A DNA stretch of 64,000 bases from Lytechinus pictus. Lineage: Eukaryota. Of this stretch, positions 56,601 through 64,000 are shown piece after piece (the first letter of the stretch is position 1; each line of letters starts with the position of its first letter). The stretch lies in NCBI RefSeq assembly GCF_037042905.1, contig NC_087245.1, positions 19,656,001-19,720,000 on the forward strand, given 5' to 3'. A model generated the notes under the pieces. It was not told the origin of the DNA and did no database searches. It saw only the letters and a program-made list of their open reading frames with translations. A program made the translations under genes and the position numbers.

Positions 56601-59600
56601 TTTAGCGTGTGTAAAAAGGGTATTAGACTACTTCAGAAACATACAACCAGTATTCAAGATTAAATAAAAATGGCAACATAACTAATTCTTTTGTACATTG
56701 TTTGCATGTTTTTTTTTTGGGGGGGGGACTCATTTTTGTCTTCAGTGCACAGATCCAACTTATCCAACACAGTGCAATTTACTGTATTTTTTTCTTCATT
56801 TTTCAACTTTGTATCTAGGGCGATTTCTGGTTTAAAGCTTTCTCACACAGAAGCCTGCAAATTATAAATTGGAACAGAATTACTGTATAGGGCGTATCCA
56901 AAATTTGATACTATTAACCGATAGGGATTATGAATTATAATCTAATTCTTAATTTTCAATATAAAATTAGAGCTTATTTGAGCATCTAAATTCAGTAAAA
57001 TGATAGTAAAGAAAATATTTGTAACACAAGAAAATGAAAGCCATCATCGTTACTAATTTTCTTCTTTAAAAGACTTTCCTTTCCATCTACATGTAGTTGA
57101 AACACATTATACATTTCATAGTACATGTGTGAATATATGATATGTCTATTGCATTTAGAATACTGTTTTCTTTTTAAGGTGTGCATTATTAGGCCTACAT
57201 GTACATGTATATATGCACATCTTCAGATATTTTAAAGTTATATGTTGATATTATAAAGAGCATTTTACAGCCCTGACAAGGACTTTTGTTGCAACCAGTC
57301 TATTTGAAATATGGAATTGAAAGAGACTAAAATGTGACCTCCAGACACTTTGTCAAAAAGAATGTTTATTATCTTCCTATTCAATAGACTGGCATACCTT
57401 TATCAACTATGGCAGATACATGTATAAACAGGTTTTAGAAATTGGAGCATTAAGCAGAAATTTTTGGGAAGTATATTTTATACATTATACTGCTAAAATT
57501 TCAAAGTTACCGTATGAAAGAAATACCAGCCCATACAGTGATCATTCAATAATAGTAAAAAAAAAAACTGTTTCATCACTTGCCGTTGTTGTAGTTAATG
57601 GTAGTACATGTACACCATGAGAGTACAGATATCTTTTGGGGTGTTTTTTAGAGAATGTATTAAACAGGGAATACCTACAGTATACTATATAGAGATGCCT
57701 ACATATTAATATATGGATCAAATGTATTGTGAAGAGGTAGGCCTATAACTTTATTCAATGTACAATAGATTTTCTATCAATTATCAAACATTTTCAAGAA
57801 GGTTTTTTGAAGGTCATTGTACATCCTGTAATTTTTTTTCTGTACAACTGAATGTGTTTCCTTCTTTTTTTTTTTCAGATATCAACATTTGAAAAGAAAA
57901 CGTCCCCCCCCCCCCCCCCCAGAATACATTATTTATGTTATCATCCTTGTCAGTGGACTGCTCTGTTTATAAGGTGCATTACCAAAAGTCAGTGCCACAT
58001 CTTTCATGAAAGGCATCCTGTAAGTGTCTTTTCATCACCGATCTTCACATTGACAGAACAATCAGGAATGAGGTAATGCCACTCTGAAAGATGCAGTCCT
58101 TCAGAGGTGCTATCATTGCTATGCATTTTTGACAAGGGCTATTGTGCACTCCCCATTGTTTTGTCTCAGATGAAGAGACTCATGCAGGATTCCTAATTGA
58201 AAGACTCTTATGGTGTCTTAATTGTTTGTCAGATTCCCTTTTTGCTGTCATTGAGCTTTGATCAGTGCTCCTGTAAAATCACTCAACTCTTTAAATCAAT
58301 CAATTAAGTTATTATATAATCAGAATCTCCCACAATATAGCCAACTGCATGTAGGCATAGGCCTATGTGTCAAGAAGGATAACCAAGGCCAAGGGAGGAA
58401 ATGCAACCTTACATCATTGCCTTCATTTTTCTATACATTTGTATCCTAATACATTTGCATCTACATTGGGTACAGACACCTGTATACAAAAAAATACAAA
58501 ATGCTTATTTGGTCCTTACTAACTTTCATTCTGAGCTCATAATGCCTTATATTTACACCTGAAAGTGAGAGAACTTTCTTTCGAAACTCCTTGAGGTCAA
58601 AGCTCTTTCTTTTGTGATTCAGCCTCAAAGAGAGAGGGTATCCCCACCCCCAACCTTCCTTCTTGCTCTTTATTTCCTGTGCTGTGATTGTTCCCTTGCT
58701 TTTTATATGCCAAGATTACAAAGGATTAAGGCTATTTAAGTAAGGTCCATGCCCCTGACAAAAGAGTATTCAGGTCCCATGTACACTCTTGCTGTGCTTT
58801 TGTATACCAAACCCCTTTTTTGACAGATTTTGATGGCTTTTGTTGGCAAAGCTCCTAGAAAGAGTAGAAGTGGGACAGTTAAATGTACATGATTGGAATA
58901 GGGCCTTAACCATGGGATGTCTTCAACTGAACTACATGTAAATGCTGACTGACTTGGGTCCTCACTTCTTTCAAAGTGGAACAGAATAAGTCTCTGCCCA
59001 CATTTGCACTCTTGCCATGAACCCAAGCCTAAATCTCAAGCCAGGCCTACATTCCTAAAGACATTCTCTGTTAGGTTACTCATAAAACACCCACTCAAAT
59101 ACAGACTACACAACAACCTGTTTCTAAATATTTCTGGTAATCATAAATGTGATTCCTTACAACTGAATAGCGCTTCAATAACATACAATAAATGTGTCTG
59201 AGTAGGAGGGGTTTCTTTTCTTTTTTATTGTGATATTACTCTACTCCAAACCTAAAGAAGAGGGGTATTTCTTTCACAAATTTCACTAGCATAGCCACAG
59301 GCATACTATGAAGTTATTTTGTTTGATGACAGGCAAATTAAACTTGATGGCTGTATTGTTTTTCATTCACTTTGGATATATGTATACATGTCATGATGTC
59401 AATATCTTTATAGCTATTTATTCTCAAAATCAGAAAATAGAGCCACAGTGAAATATTCAGCTTTTACATTCTTTGACTACTCTATGAAGGCCTTGGAGGG
59501 GATCAGGGGAAAAAATACATGGGGGCTCAAGAGCCCCCCAAAATCCCCATTCACTGCCATGTCAAGCTTATTTAATGTAGCAAATTTAGATATTATAATA

Positions 59601-61096
59601 TGAAAAGCAGCCCCCGAATATTTAAAAAAAAAAAAAATCATTTCCTGTAGGGGATGCCTTTTTGATGGGCCCCAGTGCATTTCTCATTGGACTTGGAGAT
59701 TTATTGTGCTTTTTTATTTTTTGTTTTCATTGGAGCTTTAATACAAATGTGGGCCCCATGGAAAATAGACTTGTCCTAAAAATATCAGAACTTTTATTTA
59801 GCGTACATGTACCATCCCTGTATTTCTTGGATGGGAAACCATTATTCATGTATGTAATATTAAACACCATTCTCACTACCTTCCTAAAACTAGTTTACGG
59901 GAAACTAGTTTAACGTGTAATGAGAATGGTTGAAGCGATCTTCCTAACCAGTTCACAAAACCACCTCGCGATGAAGTTTCTAAGTTCGCTTTGCCTCGTC
60001 AAACTGGTTTTAACGTAAGTGAGGACACAATCGTTCTTCGGAAAGCAATCTTCGCACATTTTGAGCGTGCTACTCCACACGACAGGTGTAGAATGCCTAT
60101 GCTGCGGTTTTGAATTTCGCATGAAACGTGTCACCCAACTGAGAGCGTTTCCATAGCAACAAGATCGCTTTATGTAAAGTGATTTTGAAAACCACTTTCG
60201 TGTGATCAAATGGGAACGCTAGCAAAGCGATCTTCCAAACTGGTTTCCTGGACCGGTTTCCAGTAAACCAGTTTTAGAAAGCGTAATGAGAATGGTGTCC
60301 TTAATTCACAGCAAAATTGGACCATGAATGAAATTGAGCAAAAATAATTACCATATCAATTCCCTTTTGTCAAGTGCAACAACTTTCAGCTTTCAACTTA
60401 AGACAAGTATGTAGGGAAACACCTTATGAAGTACACACATACACTTGAACATTAGACCTGTTTTGATCTGAGCAATGTCACACCTGAGTAAATATACAAA
60501 TGATGTATGATCTCTTGGAGCAATCATAGCAGTGATGGCAGAAGATGATGATGAGAATGCCATTGGTGAGCATTCTAATTAAACTTCTCTCTACAAACCC
60601 AGAAACCCTACACTAATTATAAACATTTACATTTTCATCCATTATTTTCAATTGATTTTTTTTTCAAAAATACTTTAAATGCATCTTAATCAATAATACA
60701 TTTAGAATTGATTTTGACAACCTACATCTATGGTCATGTTAATGCACTAAGGTATAATTTTAGAGGTTTTGGTAATAAATACAAAAAAAAGTATACAGCA
60801 AGCCTAAGATGTTCTGAAACAATTGACTACATTTCGGAAATGTTGAAAGAGTGAACTTTTGAAATTACTATGGTTCATGTACAGTGTATATGTGGCACCC
60901 AAAACAAACACGTTACAAAGTCGACTGCACCATACACTTTTTTTATTGTTTGTGACAAACATCTACCCACATACTGTATCTGCCTGTCTGATGCACTTTT
61001 CCTAACAATCCTTTTTTGAGTCACGAGCAAGTCTTACTTACCTGACAAATATGCTAGCCTTGACTTCAGCAAGTCTTTGATCTCTGCTGCTTGCAT
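32788..61096 (-). CDS. SESTD1: SESTD1-like region (SEC14/CRAL-TRIO domain plus spectrin repeats): 16 coding exons, 840 codons, no stop codon in the spliced chain
   Basis: Hand-spliced GT-AG exons in consistent phase. Motifs LAYLSGGKDRRGG, QLTEDFGGALDYHHQEWL, DWIVGPGEKLL, AFGKDIT, VRKLKLQQLLQLKSCERDAEQAIAWL, TYDYG and LLDRLALPVVSPD match my recollection of human SESTD1 along its whole length. Confidence 0.9.
33756..34035 (-). CDS. SESTD1: Exon with the SESTD1-like C-terminal helix (AADHLAQKMAELENKRRE) followed by a Ser/Pro/Val-rich linker, 280 nt
   Basis: Acceptor ttacag, phase 2. The donor CAG|gttggt (phase 0) is weaker and was chosen for phase compatibility. Confidence 0.8.
34480..34673 (-). 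CDS. SESTD1: Exon LISQMDKLC...LLDRLALPVVSPD-R, 194 nt
   Basis: Acceptor acccag, donor CAG|gtaatc, phase 0 to 2. Confidence 0.9.
35080..35271 (-). CDS. SESTD1: Spectrin repeat exon (ETYDYGLNLL...FQRNAEK), 192 nt
   Basis: Acceptor cttcag, donor AAG|gtagta. Confidence 0.92.
36058..36180 (-). CDS. SESTD1: Spectrin repeat exon (AIAWLLELLD...EHSKFETTAR), 123 nt
   Basis: Acceptor catcag, donor AGG|gtaaga. Confidence 0.92.
36961..37041. repeat. Two-copy tandem duplication, period about 41 bp
   Basis: caccttggg...atagacttcc...tctattcata occurs twice. Confidence 0.75.
37268..37497 (-). CDS. SESTD1: Exon NRAIREGKSIL...SCERDAEQ, 230 nt
   Basis: Acceptor ccacag, donor CAG|gtatgg, phase 1 to 0. Strong SESTD1-like motifs. 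Confidence 0.92.
37877..37991 (-). CDS. SESTD1: Exon AFSKLADLLELCTGEVE...DNFDNS, 115 nt
   Basis: Acceptor atacag, donor gtaagc, open frame, phase 0 to 1. Confidence 0.85.
38499..38663. mobile_element. Palindromic MITE of about 165 bp, copy 2
   Basis: ccaggggcccgtttcata... / ...tatgaaacgggcccctgg; same family as 10649-10812. Confidence 0.85.
38879..39070 (-). CDS. SESTD1: Spectrin repeat exon (DIYGNYAEL...RFHRLSQE), 192 nt
   Basis: Acceptor accag, donor GAA|gtaagt, phase 0 to 0. Confidence 0.92.
39501..39790 (+). mobile_element. tRNA-derived SINE
   Basis: Pol III box A (tggtctagtgg) and box B (ggttcgattcc), followed by a core ccacattgtgctgcactcaacccaagtgaggt shared with other copies. Confidence 0.8.
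40256..40378 (-). CDS. SESTD1: Spectrin repeat exon (VIDWIVGPGEKLL...EHEKLELKCT), 123 nt
   Basis: Acceptor tttcag, donor gtaagt. Contains the spectrin helix A Trp and the IG...H motif. Confidence 0.92.
40430..40710. repeat. Purine-rich (GAA/GAC/GGA) low-complexity tract
   Basis: Strong purine bias on the + strand. Confidence 0.7.
40898..41121 (-). CDS. SESTD1: Exon GHSLSRRVE...GDMESGIKK, 224 nt
   Basis: Acceptor ccacag, donor AAG|gtaaaa, phase 1 to 0. Helical coding composition. Confidence 0.88.
41290..41700. repeat. Compound (CAT)n/(CAC)n microsatellite
   Basis: Pure triplet blocks at 41500-41700, degenerate further left. Confidence 0.95.
41715..41886 (-). CDS. SESTD1: Exon DFEKFLKDSS...PSSVLQL-G, 172 nt
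   Basis: Acceptor ttatag, donor TTG|gtgagt, phase 0 to 1. Confidence 0.88.
43033..43149 (-). CDS. SESTD1: End of SEC14 domain (TIFLSSPSKLTKYLDTSQLTEDFGGALDYHHQEWLQNRL), 117 nt
   Basis: Acceptor cacag, donor CTG|gtaagt. QLTEDFGG motif. Confidence 0.93.
43490..43700 (+). mobile_element. Degraded tRNA-derived SINE, same family as 39501
   Basis: tggtttagtgg, ggttcaaaacc and the shared core attgtgctgcactcaacacaggtgaggt. Confidence 0.65.
43831..43941 (-). CDS. SESTD1: SEC14 domain exon (ETLAGSISVIYILK...KDKSQSFE), 111 nt
   Basis: Acceptor atacag, donor GAG|gtaaat, open frame, phase 0 to 0. Fills the expected gap in the domain. Confidence 0.85.
46783..46873 (-). CDS. SESTD1: SEC14 domain exon (TESKAHGFSLLVDMRGSAWQPIKLVMKVLQ), 91 nt
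   Basis: Acceptor tttag, donor CAG|gtgagt, phase 2 to 0. GFxxxVDxR motif. Confidence 0.92.
47384..47974. mobile_element. TTAA-flanked long-TIR non-autonomous transposon (Kolobok-like)
   Basis: TTAA|AGGAGAATGAAAC...GTTTCATTCTCCT|TTAA, with inverted arms of about 200 bp. Confidence 0.85.
48180..48273. repeat. Two-copy tandem duplication, period 50 bp
   Basis: acagtgtgcattaaa-cattgtggtaagctggta-gggtgactt occurs twice. Confidence 0.9.
51155..51558. mobile_element. MITE of about 400 bp with TA flanks (Tc1/mariner-type)
   Basis: Perfect TIR tacccctttcataaacccaataaaacc / ggttttattgggtttatgaaaggggta, with TA on both sides. Confidence 0.88.
52640..52748 (-). CDS. SESTD1: SEC14 domain exon (GGKDRRGGPIISFP...TYLASLP), 109 nt
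   Basis: Acceptor tttcag, donor AG|gtaact, phase 1 to 2. Carries the GGKDRRG motif typical of SEC14 domains in the SESTD1/Trio group. Confidence 0.92.
53250..53488 (-). mobile_element. tRNA-derived SINE, reverse orientation
   Basis: On the minus strand: tggctcagtgg (box A), ggttcgagccc (box B) and an aatgggtaccc core. Confidence 0.75.
56103..56622. mobile_element. MITE of about 520 bp with internal short repeats
   Basis: TIR taccctttttacaca / tgtgtaaaaagggta, and many taaccccg(g/t)actat units in both orientations. Confidence 0.85.
59861..60304. mobile_element. MITE of about 440 bp
   Basis: TIR acaccattctca...ttcctaaaactagtttac / gtaaaccagttttagaaag...tgagaatggtgt. Confidence 0.8.
61042..61096 (-). 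CDS. SESTD1: SESTD1-like first coding exon (MQAAEIKDLLKSRLAYLS-G), 55 nt coding
   Basis: ATG at 61096, acceptor tttcag 8 nt upstream, donor CAG|gtaagt, phase 1. Not in the ORF track because it is too short. Confidence 0.85.
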
Positions 61097-62327
61097 CACT
61101 GGAGCTGAAAATTGAGAGAGGAAATATCAAATCAATTCATGCAAATCAGAATGACATCTTCAGAGATACAACTCACATCTGTGTACATGTTCATATTTCT
61201 AACTCTGTTGCTACACCATAATTTTAATATCGCAGGTCAGAAAAATAAGAACGAGCAAAGTAAAAATGATATGTAGGCCTACATCATTCAAGATGACTTA
61301 TCCTATTTTTATTCATATACAGGTACCTATAACTGGACTGGGGGGTTTCAAGTGATGGAAAATAAAATATTTCATGTATGCCCACATCACTTCTGTTCAT
61401 GCAAAATCAAATTATATCATTATGATCCCAGTGGTAAATTACAGAGGCTCTTGTGCAAACTATAAGGGATTTTTCTCGCATTCTTTGCACTTTGGTCGCA
61501 GAACGGTATTTTCTCATATATGTTTTTTTTAAGTAAAAGGATCCATAATAAATTGCTATTTTAATTTGCAATGAACATTAAAGAATTTATCCCCTTTAGG
61601 GTAGTCTGCAATACTTTGGTGACAGGCTCAATTGGCATCAATTTAGTAGTGTTACAAATAATATGATCTAGACTACTGACATTTCAAAATGAATAGTATT
61701 TTGAGAGATGGAAATACTTTTTCTGAAACATTCTGATAGTGAGAACTTGAAATTGCCATAATATACATGTATGTTTGGTCCATCATACTCTTTAGATCCA
61801 TAGACAACCAAATGACAATTAAAAAGCTATCACAGCAATTCGGCCTCAAAACATTACTACTAAACATTCATCATCAATATAAATTATAGTCCTAACCAAT
61901 TGGACATGTCTGCGAACTACTGCAAAGCAAAGAGAATGACATGATCGGCTCGTTTAAAAATCTGTTTCTGAAATGTCAAGAAGATGAACGAGGATTGAAG
62001 AATTCTATATCTAGACATCCAGTGCATCCCAGGCCTGATCCAAGTTTAGCTTGAGGTATATACACCGTACTCATCAGTGTTAGCATTCCATCCAGTAGGC
62101 AGACGTAGTTGGTATGCTAATTGAGTTGGGGTGTTATACAGAATATCAAGTAGCCAACAAAATCTTGGTCTATGGCTGTATATCATGGAATGTAATAAAA
62201 ACTATCAAATCAAAATTGTACTATACATTGATATCAATAGGCAAAATGAAATAAATCAGCAAAATTCAACAATAAGTAAAGGTCAGCTTCAATAACTTTC
62301 ATGCTGTCAATCAAATATTTAAAGCAA

Positions 62328-62966
62328 TTAAAGGGGAATGAAACTTTTGGAACAGATGGGCTTGTGTGGAAACAGAAAAATCAAAGAAAGTTTGAGAAAA
62401 ATCAGACAAATTAGACAAACTTTTGTTGATCTGTTTCTTTGATTTTTCTGTTTTTGCTCAAGCTATCTTGATTATCATTATGAAATTATGAAATTGTTAT
62501 GAGCATTTGAATATTGCAATCATTAATGCTATGCCTATTGGCAATGCGATAAAGATGTGTGATGTCACATATGAACAACTTTCCCTTTGATGGACTATGA
62601 AATACCCCAAAAATGTTTCTTTTTGCGCTTTCTTAAATGGTAATACAAATTCATAATGTATTCTTTGAAAATCTGTTTTACATACCCTTCTATAGAAAGA
62701 ATACATGATCTACTGATAGATGTGATAAAAGAGGAATTTTAAGTGAAACATATATATAAAAGTAATAGGAAAGTTGTTCACATGTAATATTACACATCTT
62801 TGATGCATTGCCAATGGGAGGATCTACTTTACAAAAATGATCTAAATTTCAAATGCTCATAACTTTACTATTTATTCAAATTTCTCAAACTTTTGTTGAT
62901 CTGTTTCTTTGATTTTTCTGTTTTTTGCTCAAGCTATCTTGTTTCAAAGTTTTCATTTTCCTTTAG
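62328..62966. mobile_element. TTAA-type long-TIR non-autonomous transposon, related to 47384-47974
   Basis: TTAA|AGGGGAATGAAAC...TTTTCATTTTCCT|TTAG; shares the gttatgagcatt and cattgccaatgggaggatct motifs with the 47-kb copy. Confidence 0.8.
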
Positions 62967-64000
62967 GTAAATAACATTTAAGGCTTTCTGCTTTATTACC
63001 TTCACAGACAATCAAAACTTCTCATTTACTAGTTCAAATATGAGTTTCATACAGTGAAATAATATAATGTTCCTCATTTCAATATTTCTTTTGTTTCTTT
63101 TTACTTGATGCAACCTGGGACAATTCAACTCCACTAATTCTCATAGATCATTATAGAACCCTTATGCTATAACAGTACCAGTTTAAAAACATGTCTTTTG
63201 TTTCAAGTTCTATTTTGATAAACATCCTCTGAAGAGGTATTTGTGTCAAATTAAAGTCAAAGGTTCATCAGTTAAACTGAACGGTGAGAATTGAATGTGA
63301 AGCTACTTATTTCTAAAACATTACTACAGAAATTAAAACAAGATTCGTGTTTATAAAATACAAAGTGTTTAACTTTTAATCCAGATAAAATTATACCCGT
63401 AAAAGGCTGTGATCAGCAGGTAACTCCTCAAAGGAGTTTTTCATTGGCTGAATGAACAGATTGTAAATGTATTGTAGTTTTGTAGGGATCAAAGCCGTCC
63501 CCCTTTTTTCTAAAAAAATATAATAAAAATACAATGGATTACATCTTGCCTACAGTTGAAATTACAACACACATTTTGATGTGAGCAGGTACAAGACATG
63601 GAATTGAAAATACTGCAATCATGCATTTAATTAGGAATGCAAGATTTCATTAATCACATTTATTTCTTATGATTATAATACCTGGTAGCTTCATTCCAAG
63701 ACATTGTGATGTAGATCTGGACCAGCCGAACATGGCCATTTCTCCTGTCCTATTCCCCTCAGGGAGGGATGCTGATAGCTGATAGATTTCTTAATTACTC
63801 CAATTCAGTTTAACGTTGTATTCATGGATTACATTGGATTACATTGACGGCAAATTGAGGTTTCTCCTATGCTTTCCCATCCTCAATGAAACGTTATTAA
63901 TTGATAGACGGAATATGGATCTGTGGTTTCAAAATATTTTATATCCACCTGAAGTTCCTATAGATCAAAGTTGCCATCTTTAATAGATTAATTGTGAAAA

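Noticed and set aside
32788..61096. Trio/Kalirin or MCF2L identity for the SEC14-spectrin gene
   Set aside because: Motifs match SESTD1 specifically along the whole length, and no DH-PH exons are visible in the window.

Overview
AT-rich, intron-rich eukaryotic genomic DNA. The repeat types suggest a marine invertebrate deuterostome, probably a sea urchin; this is inference. The window is dominated by one minus-strand, multi-exon spectrin-repeat locus, from which I reconstructed 31 coding exons by hand; all have GT-AG boundaries and compatible phases. Sixteen exons (61096 to 32788, 840 codons) encode a SEC14/CRAL-TRIO plus spectrin-repeat protein that closely resembles SESTD1. This chain has no in-frame stop and ends on a strong phase-0 donor. 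Fourteen exons (14852 to 295, 808 codons, running off the left edge) encode a CCDC141-like spectrin-repeat rod. A separate ATG exon at 26342-26440 supplies a CCDC141-type N-terminus and also ends on a phase-0 donor. The simplest reading is one large gene in which SESTD1-like and CCDC141-like regions can be spliced in frame, with an internal promoter giving a CCDC141-only isoform. In human, SESTD1, CCDC141 and TTN are separate, adjacent, co-oriented genes. The introns hold many non-autonomous DNA transposons (two nested sets), tRNA-derived SINEs, a LINE 3' tail and simple repeats. Protein identities come from recalled sequence similarity, not from a database search.
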